Source of the DNA: Tubiluchus corallicola
Lineage: Eukaryota > Animalia > Priapulida
Assembly: GCA_030141605.1 (NCBI GenBank)
Contig: JAQGDQ010000123.1
Location: 310,001 to 374,000 of the forward strand
DNA: 64,000 nucleotides
Direction: 5' to 3'
Shown: positions 46,922 through 60,112 of the stretch, one piece after another
Numbering within the stretch: the stretch's first letter is position 1
Layout: every line of letters starts with the position of its first letter
Notes under the pieces: model-generated
The model's input: the letters and a program-made list of their open reading frames with translations, nothing else
Told to the model about the DNA's origin: nothing
Databases searched by the model: none
Position numbers and translations under genes: made by a program

Positions 46922-49900
46922 ATGATCACTTCTGCTGCTGGGATCATTTCATTGCTGGATGAAAAAGAGGCAGACCTGAAGCTCTATGCCCTCCAGAAGT
47001 TGAATATACTCGTTAGTGATTTCTGGGCAGAAATATCCGAAGTGATTACAAAAATAGAAGTGTTGTATGAAGATGATGCTTTTAAACATCGAAATTTGGC
47101 TGCACTGGTTGCATCCAAAGTTTATTATCATCTCGGGTCTTTTGAAGACTCGTTAACGTACGCACTTGGAGCAGCAGCATTGTTTGATGTTAATTCATCG
47201 TCAGAGTATGTGGAAACAATTATAGCCAAATGTATTGATCACTATACAAAACTACGAGTTCAAAATGCAGAAACAAGTGAACAGGTAGAAATCGATTCAC
47301 GGCTAGAGGCTGTTGTCAACAAAATGTTTCAGAGATGCTTTGATGATGGTAAATACAAACAAGCGGTAGGAATTGCCCTGGAAACTCGTCGTCTTGACGT
47401 GTTTCAGGATGCCATAAATAAATCTAACGATGTATCTGGCATGTTATCGTATGCCCTTGGAGTATGCATGACATTGATACCTAATCGCCATTTTCGCAAC
47501 ACTGTCTTAAGAGTTCTGGTAGAACTGTACAGTGGTTTGAAAACTCCAGACTATATAAGTGTATGCCAATGTTTGATATTTCTTGATGATCCGGTTTCTG
47601 TTGCAGAAATATTGACAAAACTTGTGAAGGAAACTGACAACGGGACGCTGCTTGCTTATCAAATTGCTTTTGACTTGTACGAAAGTGCTACACAAGAATT
47701 TCTCAATCGAGTTCACCAAGCTTTGCGTGGCACTGTAGCGCTGCCTGGATCCGAAGTTGCAACTGAAGACGAGGAAATGGAGACAGATGAGAAATCCGAG
47801 GAACGCAAAGAAACAGTAGATGCTGTTGAAACTGCAGAGACAGAAGAAGATAAAGAAACAAAAAGCCGTTTAGACAAGCTTACTTCCATTCTCACCGGAG
47901 AAATTTCGATAGGTCTTCATTTGCAGTTTTTGATACGAAATAATAAATCAGATTTGTTAATTTTGAAAAACACAAAAGATGCTGTGCGTAATTCAGTTTG
48001 TCATACAGCGACAGTAATATGCAATTCTTTTATGCATTGTGGTACAACTAGTGATACATTTCTGAGGGACAGTTTAGAGTGGCTAGCACGAGCCACGAAT
48101 TGGGCAAAATTCACTGCAACTGCAAGTTTAGGTGTCATTCACAAGGGTCATGAGAAGGAAGCATTGAGTTTAATGGCAACTTACCTGCCTAAAGAAACTG
48201 GCCCTGGTAGTGCTTATTCTGAAGGGGGTGGATTATATGCACTAGGATTGATTCATGCTAATCATGGAGGTAAAATGATAGACTATTTATTAACTCAACT
48301 AAAAGAAGCTACAACTGACATGGTTCGCCATGGTGCATGTCTGGGTTTGGGCCTTGCTGCAATGGGCACGGCACGCCAAGATGTCTATGATCAGCTGAAG
48401 ATGAATTTATTGCAAGACGATGCTGTGACTGGTGAGGCCGCTGGGCTAGCTATGGGTATCGTTATGCTTGGCTCAAGGTCACCAACAGCCATCGAGGACA
48501 TGGTTTCTTATGCACAAGAAACGCAGCATGAGAAAATTATTCGTGGATTAGCAATTGGAATAGCTTTAGTGATGTACGGGCGTTTAGAAGAAGCAGATGC
48601 TCTTATTGAAAGTCTATCGTTAGATAAAGACCCTATTTTAAGGCGATCAGCCATGTATACAGTAGCCATGGCATACTGTGGAACTGGGAATAACAGTGCT
48701 ATACGAAGATTACTGCATGTCGCGGTTAGTGATGTAAATGATGATGTTCGACGAGCAGCTGTGGAATCTTTAGGATTTTTACTATTTAGGACTCCAGAAC
48801 AAGTACCCAATGTAGTCTCTTTGTTGTCAGAATCATACAATCCACATGTAAGATATGGGGCTGCCATAGCATTAGGAATATCTTGTGCAGGAACAGGCCA
48901 GAAAGATGCTATTGCTTTGCTAGAACCCATGGCAAACGATACAGTAAACTACGTTCGACAAGGGGTGCTTATTGCTTCGGCCTTGATTTTGATCCAGCAG
49001 AATGAGGTTACCTGTCCAAAAGTGACATACTTCAGACAACTTTACACCAAAGTCATTAATGATAAACATGATGACGTCATGGCTAAATTTGGTGCTATAT
49101 TAGCACAGGGCATACTTGATGCTGGTGGGCGAAATACTACCATTTCTTTACAGTCAAGAACTGGCCACACACACATGACATCTGTTGTGGGCATGTTAGT
49201 GTTCTTGCAGTTCTGGTTTTGGTTTCCTCTTGCACATTTTCTGGCTCTAGCATTTACGCCCACTTGTCTCATTGGTTTGAATGCAAACATGGCCATGCCA
49301 AAGATTGAGTTCAAATCTGGTGCAAAGCCGTCGACGTATGCTTATCCACCACCTCTAGAAGAAAAGAAAGAAAAAGAGAAGGAGAAAGTTTCAACAGCAA
49401 TACTTAGTATTACTGCAAAAGCCAAAAAGAAAGAATTAGAAAGAGAGCGTCATCGCAGCCAAGATAAAATGGAAGTAGATGAACCAAAAAAAGATGAAGT
49501 AGAGAAGGATTCAAAAGAGAAAGATTCAAAACAAAAGGATGCAAAAGAAAAGAAGGGTGCTAAAGCAGAGAGCAAGACCAAGTCGTCCAGCAAAGAAGCT
49601 GCCAACAAAGAAGCCATGACAAGCAAGGAAAGCACAAGTAAGGAGGAAGAAGTAGAAAAACTAGAAGAGAAAAAAGAACCGGAACCCAATTTTGAAATGT
49701 TGTCAAATCCGGCTCGTGTCATGCGGGCACAGTTGAAAGTAATTAGCATGCCTGAAGGTACAAGGTACAGACCACTGAAACCGGTCTCTACCGGAGGAGT
49801 GATTATGTTGCGCAATCTAAAAACCGAAGTACCAGAGGAAATTATAGAGGAAGTTGTTGCACATGGACCTAAAGTGGAGCAGGAAGAAGCTGAACCAGAA

Positions 49901-49933
49901 CCACCCGAACCTTTTGAATATGACGAGGATTGA
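46922..49933 (+). CDS. PSMD1: 26S proteasome non-ATPase regulatory subunit 1 (Rpn2), 1003 aa, single coding exon
   Basis: Uninterrupted ORF from [14 protein letters not shown] through the PC repeats ([49 protein letters not shown]) and a KEKE-rich region to [10 protein letters not shown]. Start taken at ATG 46922 rather than GTG 46907. Confidence 0.98.
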   Translation: MITSAAGIISLLDEKEADLKLYALQKLNILVSDFWAEISEVITKIEVLYEDDAFKHRNLAALVASKVYYHLGSFEDSLTYALGAAALFDVNSSSEYVETIIAKCIDHYTKLRVQNAETSEQVEIDSRLEAVVNKMFQRCFDDGKYKQAVGIALETRRLDVFQDAINKSNDVSGMLSYALGVCMTLIPNRHFRNTVLRVLVELYSGLKTPDYISVCQCLIFLDDPVSVAEILTKLVKETDNGTLLAYQIAFDLYESATQEFLNRVHQALRGTVALPGSEVATEDEEMETDEKSEERKETVDAVETAETEEDKETKSRLDKLTSILTGEISIGLHLQFLIRNNKSDLLILKNTKDAVRNSVCHTATVICNSFMHCGTTSDTFLRDSLEWLARATNWAKFTATASLGVIHKGHEKEALSLMATYLPKETGPGSAYSEGGGLYALGLIHANHGGKMIDYLLTQLKEATTDMVRHGACLGLGLAAMGTARQDVYDQLKMNLLQDDAVTGEAAGLAMGIVMLGSRSPTAIEDMVSYAQETQHEKIIRGLAIGIALVMYGRLEEADALIESLSLDKDPILRRSAMYTVAMAYCGTGNNSAIRRLLHVAVSDVNDDVRRAAVESLGFLLFRTPEQVPNVVSLLSESYNPHVRYGAAIALGISCAGTGQKDAIALLEPMANDTVNYVRQGVLIASALILIQQNEVTCPKVTYFRQLYTKVINDKHDDVMAKFGAILAQGILDAGGRNTTISLQSRTGHTHMTSVVGMLVFLQFWFWFPLAHFLALAFTPTCLIGLNANMAMPKIEFKSGAKPSTYAYPPPLEEKKEKEKEKVSTAILSITAKAKKKELERERHRSQDKMEVDEPKKDEVEKDSKEKDSKQKDAKEKKGAKAESKTKSSSKEAANKEAMTSKESTSKEEEVEKLEEKKEPEPNFEMLSNPARVMRAQLKVISMPEGTRYRPLKPVSTGGVIMLRNLKTEVPEEIIEEVVAHGPKVEQEEAEPEPPEPFEYDED

Positions 49934-52123
49934 TATGTATGTTTTGCAAGTTCTAGGGTAGTAACCCAATGTGAAAGCTGTTTCTCCATTAACTTAGCCC
50001 ATTTTTTAAATTTTGTCTCTAATTTATATTGCTTGCTGTTTTTTTTCTCAAATTTATGCCTTAAGGTCAAAAATTGCATTGTTATCAAATAAGAATCTTT
50101 TGTGTATAAAGCTAATTGCAAACATTTTTCGCTTTTCATTTCTGATTCTAGGCGTACTTTTTTGAACATCATTAGTTTTTTAGAGACTTGCAACTAATGC
50201 AAGGTTTAACCCATAAGACACATTGTTTACAGCTTATTGCATAGAAAAAGCATTTATATCCCAATCTGCATATTTCGAAAAATGTAAGATAAAAACATGA
50301 ATGCGCAAATTATTAATCTTTACAGTGCAAGTGCCATGATTAACAGGAAAAATCAAATCTGTTTCTAATTTCTTATATCCCTTAGTGGCATTTATGCAGG
50401 ATGTGACATCACACGGAGAAAGGCTAGTGACCTATCAAACTTTATGAGCCCACAATCAGTTAACCTTTTCGCAATTTTATCGTGTACATGCGCAGCTGCT
50501 GTACCTACTAAAACTACTTAATTTACTTTGTGTGGACTACTTAATTTTTTGTTAGTCTGATCTACTAACAGCAACTACTATTAATTTACTAGCAGGATCT
50601 TGCTTGGAAACAAACAAAGAAAAAACAAACTAAGGTTAACTGTTAAAATTGTTACCTCTTCACGAATCCTTAGAGCTGCGAAAAAGTATAAACGTACAAA
50701 GTATAATTTTTACGTCTGCAGGTATAATGCAAGGAATTAGTGGAATGGGTAGTAAGAGTGAAAAGTGATTTAAAAGAATCAATGCACACTTTTTTCAATA
50801 ACAAGACTTTATTTACATAAAAATAAGCAAAGTATCAAAGTGAAAATAAAACAAACACACACATCAACAAAATTATACAGAAAGTTTTAGCATAAACTAA
50901 AGAATTATCACTTACGTAATAATTTTGGCCACTTGCCAACTTCAACAACTAAACTAAAACAAAAAAAATATCACACAAGCAAAACAGCTTTATCCTCAGT
51001 GCCATATTTTCAAATTTGTCATCGGGGGAGGGGGTTATGCACTGCTCTAATGCTACATTGAAGATGTTTATTTTAAAGTTGCCAAATAAAACTGAAAATA
51101 CTAAGTAAATATGCCAAAGTGATCTTTCGGGAATTACTCGTTTGTTTAAGAGCATAAACGAATAAGTAAAAATTAAACTAAAAAACGTGACGAAATAAGT
51201 TGCCAAGGCCTACACAAAATCTAGAAGCCACTATATACATGAACATTTGTACAACAGGATTGGTGCAAAAACTTACCACTGGATATTTATGCGCATGATC
51301 TGACATGACTGTAACCATCATGCCTCTAGCTATTAGACATTAATGGAGATTATCATCAATTACTGAATCAAGTGACTATCTCTCCTAAAAAGTTAAGAGT
51401 CAGGGACATTTGTCCCTCGACCAAAGAAAACTGTTAGCTCACTTATATTTTCTGATGTCATCTACCATGCCACCATCTATATTTCATTAGCAATACTGTA
51501 AAATGATAATCAATATGGGGCTTTTCAGTTTCCTAACGCGAACATTATAGCCATTTGCTTCTCGATGTCGCACTATACGAGTGAAAGACGATCGAACACA
51601 GTAGACTATCCATTAAGAAAGACTAGGAGACGTGCACACAGTACAACTCCATTGGTTACGTTATACTCCACATCACTTTGATTCCCAGATATTTTTAGAG
51701 AAAAGCACAAATTGCAAGATTGTGGCACAAGAACAGCTAAAATAATAATGACAGACTCACAATTACACAGTTAAAGAAAATGCTAATAAAATTTTAAGAG
51801 AGCATGTCACTACATACTTTAAGAGCAAAGTTGGGTTGATACATCAGCTGTAAGACTTTGATAAAGATGATAAGAAGCACATTTTTTGCAAAAGCCTGAG
51901 GTAAAGGATCACTACAAACTTAGTACTTGTGCCACAGTAATGCAAGAAAATTCCTAAAGTTCGATTATTTGAAAACGTTAATGCAATTATGCTTAGGCTT
52001 AGTCGGAGTTCATTAATACTGTTCGGACTCTCTACGCCAATCATTGCACTCTTCTCGCAAATTACACAAGTGGAAATCTTGGTCCCGTACGTGTGACAAT
52101 TTTCTATGATGACTCGAGTACAC

Positions 52124-55100
52124 TTATTTAACATCAGCATCAAAATCTTGCACTAATAACTTTGTTTCTTCTGTACCATTTCTTGACCCAACAGCACAGA
52201 CTAATTTCGTTTGACTTGCTCTGAAACAAAAATAAGTTGCTATCAACTAACGTCAAACAAAATAATAGTCCTGTTTCTAGTACAGCTATAACGATACAAT
52301 ACTTATGATACATCTGAGTTAACATTTGCAGCCTTTATAAAAGATTAGATGAAGTTGTTGACAATGAAGGTTAAAATAATTCAATTAACTGCTTGATTTT
52401 TATTCATTACTTGTGTAATGAGTAAGCTATTGTTTGCATAGAAAGCCAAGAAAACGTAAAACATGTCAATACTTTGAGTTTAAAAGGTGTTTGTGCATTT
52501 TCTGGCTCACGTTTGCCATTTCACAAGCTTATACGCAACAATGTAATTAGCCTACTACTGCTTTGGCTGCTAGCAATGCTTGTGTCAAGCCAACAACTTT
52601 TCAATGTACTCATTGATACGTTCTACAGCTACAGCTTCAATTACTTCACGTCAACTTTTATTAGCATACGATTGCCATGTTACGAGTGCACTTCAAGATT
52701 CAACTTTAACTAAAACATTAGCTTTTTGAATGTGCCTAATATTAGCAATAAGGAGTCGGAAACATATTGTCTTGTCTAGACAGGCTGTGTTGTCTTGGCT
52801 AACAAACAAGAACTGATAACACAGTAAAAGTTTACTATCACCTAGTATTTTATTATGTTTACATAATTGAACTACATTAAAGTCGTGTTCAAAGTGCTTA
52901 CTTATTAATTCTATAGCCACTACACTCCTATTTAGGGTTCAAACAATGTTTGTCATTTTTTATACTACTCTGTACTATTTCAATTCATGTTTAAAACTAT
53001 ATTTTTTGCAATGAATTATTGTCATTTCCAGGAATAAAAAATCTCATACAAGACCATATATTAAAAGTATAATTGCTATTATCAACTTGTTCTGCATATA
53101 TCGCATCACACATATTTTGGGAGTCAATCTTAGTATGTTGTTTTTGTAATTTTCAGTTAGCTTACCTTATCCTCCACACAACACCACCACTGCCACCACT
53201 ATCTAAAGACACCAGATTTCGCAGGAATTCACCAGTCTTCAAATCCCACAGTTTTACGGTACCATCATCAGAAGACGTGATAACAAACTTGCTATTAAAC
53301 TGCAAACAAGTGACCGCACTCTGATGTTTGTTGGGGCCTGAAAAGTGTTTACACATCTTGAATGTTATATTATCAATCAAGCAAGTGTGACAGTCACAAA
53401 AGAATGTAGAATATAACTTGCCCCAGATAGAGGAAGATTAAGCAGATTGCTATCTAGGCTAACTATGTGCCTAAGTCAAACAAAAAATACTGAGATTGTT
53501 TAATACAGAATATAAAAAGAAAAACATAACATGAACTTTTTGATAGAAAGAACACAGAATTATTAAATTCATAATTCAAATATCATCTGCGATTCGAGTC
53601 TAGACTCCAGAATCACTGCCAATTTCTTTAGATATATTACTCAAGTTTGGTATTAAAAATTCAATGAATTTCAGCTTGCCCCACCTTTAACTGGCAAACT
53701 ACAGTAGCTGAACATAGTAGTAAATAGTGGTAAAGTACTACAGTAGCAAGTAGTAATAGCAGCAGCACCAGTAGAAACCAGTAGTAGAACACATTAAGGT
53801 AAGAGACCTAGTTTACCTGTTAATGTTTGCAAGCATTGCCCTGTCACGATGTCCCACACTTTGACTGTCGAATCAGCATTCCCCGACACAAGTATGTTGT
53901 CCTTGAGCTCCATGCCACTAGTTAACGACTGATGTCCCATCAGCGTGTGTAAACAGTTACCCGTTTCAATGTCCCAAACACGTATCGATGTATCCAGTGA
54001 ACCGCTGACTACGTGAATGCCATCAAACTAAAATGTAAACATCAATCAATGATGTGAGAGACAAGAATAATTTACATAAACATTAAAATACGATACCAGT
54101 AGTACTAACAGATGCCATGTACTGTACTCCTATTCTTGTAATGGATGCATTCGTGTGCAGTGAAAACAAAGCGAAGAATTAGTTAACAAAGTACTTTTAA
54201 AATTACACTGATATAATAAAGATAATAACTGCAACTACCTAAATTTCCCAGGATTTCAATGTTATGTGATGAGAGAAAGTGGTACTGAGTGGGAGATTTT
54301 GTTTTTGTGTTTTGACCATTTACAACAGATGAAATACACCATTGCAGACTCCTGTTTCTGGCAAGATGCGACTTGACAACATATAAATTGTTAACAGTTA
54401 AAAGTACATAGTTACATAAAATTAATTTTTTACATGAAATTCATTTTTTTTCAAATTATGAAGTTAAAGTCAATGGCTCTTAATTTGTAATTTATTTTGT
54501 TATATTAGCTGTAAAAGACATTTGCTTACTCGATTCTTGCTACTATTACGATCGATTTTTTAAAAATGCCATACCTGTAAGGAATAGACACGATTCGTAT
54601 GTCCGGTCAACGTGTGTAGGCACTCTTCCGAATCCGGATTCCAAACTTTAACAGTGTAATCATACGCCCCACTAACAACCCTCTTGCCATCATACTGGAC
54701 GCATCGGACAGCAGCAACGTGACCCATCAGCACGTGCAAACACTCACCACTGTCAACGTCCCAGACTCTAAGTGTTGCATCCCGTGATCCACTCACTACT
54801 CTGAAATGCAGAAAGATATAACATATTGAATGCATTTGGAAAATGATAATATAATGCCATACACACTGAAAAGCAATAAAAATCTGAACACCTGCTTTCT
54901 CTAGATCTAGAATCTGGGTTACTGAACATTAAATTAACATAATAGTCAAACCTCTTTACACCGCCTACTTTGAGAATGCAAAAACGTTATAGCGAGTCTG
55001 GCATTATAACAAGGTGCATTCATGCATACGTATTTATGCAAATACGGATATTTTGTTTTACTAAAATTTGGGTCCTGAGGGAGGTTGGCATTACAAAAGG

Positions 55101-58100
55101 AGCGTTACTCCTTTTGTAATGCCAAACGAGGTTTGACTGTAAAAGTCACTGGGTAGATTAAAAGTACATTAAAAACTGAAAAAAGCTTACTTATTCCCAT
55201 GTAGATGCATGCATCGTACAGTTGACGTGTGCCCGTACAGAGTGTGCGTACACTGTCCAGTGTCGGCATTCCAAACCTTTAGTGTGCGGTCAGTTGAACC
55301 ACTGATTATAATGTTACCCGACATCTGTGATGACCAAACACCGCCAGTGTGACCAACAAGTGTGCGTAAACACTAGAAAAAGTTGGATGTTGTATTATGT
55401 TGTTACAACTATTAAATTAAAACAGGCTTTCCTAATTTGTTACACAAAAGTTTTTGAACTTTGCTTCATAGGTCTGTATGTACAACGGACACAATGAAAC
55501 TGTAGGCAAAAGTGTGACTTAGCATTTTGTTTGTTATTCTATACATTGTTGTATGTTTACATTTGTATTGATGGAACATTTATGAAACAATAAATAAGAT
55601 ATGTGTCCAAAGAAACTTCGCTTACCTTTCCGGTGGTTGCTGACCACACCTTGAGCGTGTTGTCATCCGATCCGCTGACAACCCGGTTACCTGAGAACTG
55701 CAGACAGGTGATAACATGATCATCGTGTCCCTTCAACACCTAGAAAAGCACAAATATTTTTCCAATATTAAATAAAAAAATCTTTAGTTTTGCTTACCAA
55801 AACATATGGGCAGGATAGAAACTGAAATGTAGAATATCGTAATAGAATAAACTGACAACTCAAGGTTTTTTTGTAAGGCAAACATAACCGAAACTGAGCC
55901 CTAATTTAAACCTGGACTTTTGGATTCTAAATCCAATGCCAAGATAAGAAATTGAAATAGCCAGAACTAACTTTAGACTACAAGTCCAATATCAGCTAGG
56001 TTCGTTCTCAGCTTTTCACATTTTTTTATTTGAACAAGTCTGGTTAAAAAAATCTCAACTAATAGCTCATACCATTATTAAGTGACAATGTTATAAAAAT
56101 TTAAAGATTATAAATAACAGCGCACGTTCTTAACTTATACCTTGGGCGTGCGAATTTGACCGACTCGCCAATTCATTTCAATCTGATGCTGTCGCATGTA
56201 AGCACTTTTCCAAGGACTTCGATGAGTGCCAGAGACTAATCTTCGTTTCCTAGATAAAAACAAAGCAAGGAAATCTGTAAAAAAAAACGACCTGAGACAA
56301 ATGAAATATTTGCGACAGAATTTCTTCATCAAGATGGATATAAAAATCAAGACTTAGACAACTTAATTCTCCGCACCAATTTAAAAGCTTAAAGGAAGTA
56401 TTATCTATCAACATAAAAACTGGAACAATAAATGAAAGATGAAAATAAAACAGCAAAATACTTTTGAAATTTTATGCACACAATTGATAAGAACATCTCA
56501 TAGTTCTAAGAGTTTCAGGACAAAATCGCATTCTAAAAATATCTCTGTCGTTGGGTATACACTTTTGTTTGCTCTACTAAAGAGTCCCATGAAGCAGGTA
56601 TGCTCTACTTAGAATAGTTTAAATGGTTTCAGGTGTTTGAGCTAATACAGTAGAAAATGACAACCCCATTATTAGCAGTTTCATTTACGGAAAGGGGTGA
56701 CAAGAGATTACTAACACAAGTGTAATGTTCAGTGGATGCACGTGCATGTAATATGTAAGTTTTACTGTAATATGTAATATGCAAGTATAACAGGCTATGC
56801 CATCACAAACACCGTGACAAAACAAGATTCTAATGTATATGAAATTCAAGAAACTAGGCGCAAGGCAAAAATTTTGCCACAAGCGCAATGTAAAAGTGAA
56901 TGATTGGAAGTCAATCGAGTTTGACTGAAACCATGCTGTCACTAGCTTATTTTTAATAGCAAACATTCTTAATCATGTTTCTATGCTTCATTCGTATAAG
57001 AACAAAAAGCCAATGTCGTGCTCTGTATAAAACTGCATACATACTTGTTAAACACGACTGCCTCGTCTATTCCAGCTTCTCGGCACTTCTCTCGCCAAAG
57101 TAGATTATCCTCGGCTAACACACGCCAATAACGACATGTCTGAGCCGCATGTAAAAGTGACCGAGGCTCCAAAAACGACAACACGTACAGGGCAAGCTAA
57201 AAAGGTCAACATTATGTTATGCATTAATTTCACTCTGTATCATTATCTATTAACTATTACTGATCTATTAATTATTACTGACTGTAAGCAGTTAGTTTTT
57301 CAACAGCAAACACAACTTATCTAAGCATAATAGTCTTATAATTTTCCAAAGTTCAAAAAAATTTAAGCAATTTTGGAAAAATGGCCCGCAGGCATTAAAT
57401 TTTATATGAAAATGAATGAATGAATGTCTCTGTCGTGAGTGTAAAACTTAAATGAGCCATGGTCAATAAATTGCGACAGCAAATTGCAGACTATTTTTCT
57501 AAAACGAACCAGAAAGTTTACAAAAAAGCTAAAACAAAAGAATATTTACACGGTTTTCCTCTCTCGTTCAAATGACTAATTATGATGCATTAGGTGAAAT
57601 TGCAATGCACAAATGCTGGTCATTTCCAAGTTTTTTTTAAATATTAGGAGTACACAATAATTAACATTAGCAACTACAAATAGTGCATGAAAAACTATTA
57701 GCTTAGAGCAGTGGTTCTTAACCTGGATTCGATCGAACCCTAGGGGTTCGGTGAGTCGATCTCAGGGGTTCAGCAGAGTGGCCAAGGTGAAGCCATGCAT
57801 ATCTGAACTGGTCTCTCAAAGGCAACAGCAGAAGTCACACTGATTTGCAGGTATGTAATTTGTTGTGAGTTTATGCATTGTGTTGGTTTTGTTCTTTGAA
57901 TAAGGTGATGTTCATGCACGGCTCATTTTGTGTACCAGTAAAAAACATATCTATGTCTTGAATTTGAAAAAAATCATATTTTATTTTTCACTAAAGAAGG
58001 GTTCGGTGAATGCGCATATGAAACTGGTGGGGTTCGGTACCTCCAACAAGGTTAAGAACCACTGGCTTAGAGGCATACCAACTCCTGTTAGTTCAACAGC

Positions 58101-59288
58101 AATTCAACTAGATGGCAGAATCAGTGCTCTAAACTTTGGTGTTGACCATAAAATGTGCATAAAATGGCAACAGAACTGACAAGTAAGAGGAAGCATTATA
58201 AGCTAGTGCTCTTACAAATTACCATTTCTGACGCAGCAAAAATTTGTATCAAAACTCAAATTATGTGAATATTAGAATTACTTGTTAACCTAAGAAATAT
58301 GTTAACATGAGAAATGAAAAACAGTTAATTACCTCTTTTGGCAATAAGCTGATAAAATCCCTCTGAAATTGTGGCTCAATAACAGTCATGATATGTCGTA
58401 CCTGTGTTGGCTCACATAATTCTATTAGTTGATCTAACGCTAGCAAGCGCTCAGCATTACTCCATGACTAAAAGTAAATACAAAAAATATTTAGCTCTTA
58501 CAATAAAGAAATCATCACCTTCGTAAAAGAATCAAGAGACTACATTTTTTCAGATTCAGATGACCACAAGCTTTCTCAAACATACAACTTTATCTACACA
58601 CAACGATTAACTATGAGCAATTTTTTTCCATTTCTAAATTTGCGATCAGTATGAATCTCAAAGTAAACTGACCTGAAATACTTTTAGCCACTCGTTCATC
58701 TCCACTGGTGGATTAGATTTGGACGGGATGCGTCGTCGTGGCGTTAATGAGGCAGATGTAGCGCCTGTTGGTAAACCAAAAGCCTGATGACGGTCTGCCA
58801 TCACTCCCTCTTGTGGTGGGTAATGATAACTAGCTGACCTGAAATTTTCGTTTAAAAACGCAGTAATATTGCTGAATTTAAACTGGCACTTAGCGGACTC
58901 CTACTTTTCTTTAAAATGAAAGGTAGCAATTTTGCTATAAAAATACGTATAAGATACGACTGTACCACACTTACTGGGAATAGAACGGTGGTAGGCTATC
59001 GCTAAATTGGCACATTTTTCTGGTGGAAGAAGAATTCGGTGTTCCAGTTGGGGAATCGCCCGACTTGCGCTTGATCTTGGCAGCACAGTTCTCTGTGGTA
59101 GGCTCATCACGTTCTGACTTTCTTTTTGACTAAAAGAAAATATTTAAAATTAATTTAAACAACCAAAATAAATGAATATTTATGTACAAATGTACATAAA
59201 ATGCAGCGGAAATGGCAAAGTATAATTTTAAACACCTGAAATGAAACTCAAGCAATGACTAATGGAACGTTACCTTGCCAGGTGTCAT
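52124..59288 (-). CDS. FBXW7: F-box/WD40 protein 7 (archipelago/SEL-10); first exon uncertain
   Basis: Exons 59129-58975, 58838-58673, 58467-58333, 57196-57045, 56249-56141, 55739-55626, 55372-55191, 54800-54575, 54027-53817, 53337-53166, 52220-52124, plus a likely short exon ending at 59274 (MTPGK|gtaac). D-domain/F-box ([25 protein letters not shown]), WD40 repeats ([45 protein letters not shown]) and C-terminus [13 protein letters not shown]. Confidence 0.95.
54943..55139. mobile_element. Small Tigger-like MITE (FBXW7 intron)
   Basis: Termini (T)AGTCAAACCTC...GAGGTTTGACTG-TA. Confidence 0.6.
57709..58064. mobile_element. hAT-family MITE with perfect 8-bp TSD
   Basis: Perfect 16-bp TIR CAGTGGTTCTTAACCT...AGGTTAAGAACCACTG; TSD GCTTAGAG at 57701-57708 and 58065-58072. 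Confidence 0.93.
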
Positions 59289-59629
59289 TCTGTTTTTTCT
59301 AAGTCCTGACAATGCAGTCAAATATTAGCAATCACTTTCATGGAATACGTATAATCTTAAAAGTAATCCAATGACATAAAACCAAAATAAACAAAAAAAA
59401 CCAACATTTTTCATTTGTCTACTTTTTAATTAAACCTGTAAATGTAGCACAGAAAACAAAGAAAAGATAAATTTCCAGGAAAGTGTGTATTCTTACAAGA
59501 AATCAATCAAATATCGTAAAAACACAAACAAAGAAAGTAAGAAATAACTAGAGAGTCATTATGTCTGAGATAACAGCACTACGAATGTCAGAATTTCTTA
59601 AATGCATGAAGCATACTAAATTCAAGAAA

Positions 59630-60112
59630 TAATCATAAAGAAGTCACAGTGCCCTTTGAATCTCAAAAACTTTTATTTTTCCAGAAGCTTTCATTCCGTC
59701 ACGGACTACATGTAAAGTGTAAGTATACAATGACATTAAAATAGAGGATACAAAGTTCATTAAGAAGGCTTTATTTCATGATCTATTCTAGGCCATACAA
59801 GTAGCTTCAGGTATGTTTGTCAGCAGTTTCATTTTGATCTTGATTTTTTTTATTAATTAGAAATTGTAATGTTTTTTCTAAATAAGTTTTTAATACAGCT
59901 TCCCAATGATTTTTTTTTCTATTTTAGTTTTTAATACAGCTTCTTAATGAATTTTGTATCCCTTATTTTAATGCCATTGTATACTTACACTTTACATGTA
60001 GTTTTATCTATAATTTTTATGATTTTTTAAATTGTTGTATCTCTACCAAGCACAAATGCACCAGGGAAAATAATTTTTTTTGAGACTTAAAGGGCACTTT
60101 GTCTTCTTCAAG
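59630..60112. mobile_element. Foldback-like element with long inverted arms
   Basis: 59638-59670 pairs with about 60076-60108, and 59705-59767 pairs with 59940-60002. Flanked by near-identical 14-mers CTAAATT(C/T)AAGAAA. Confidence 0.7.

Noticed and set aside
49450-50193. 247-aa minus-strand ORF and other ORFs antisense to PSMD1
   Set aside because: Ser/Phe/Leu-rich mirror of the Lys/Glu-rich sense codons; no independent gene signals.
58901-59110. ORF-track peptide MMSLPQRTV...
   Set aside because: Wrong frame; splice phases support [10 protein letters not shown]... as FBXW7 exon 59129-58975.
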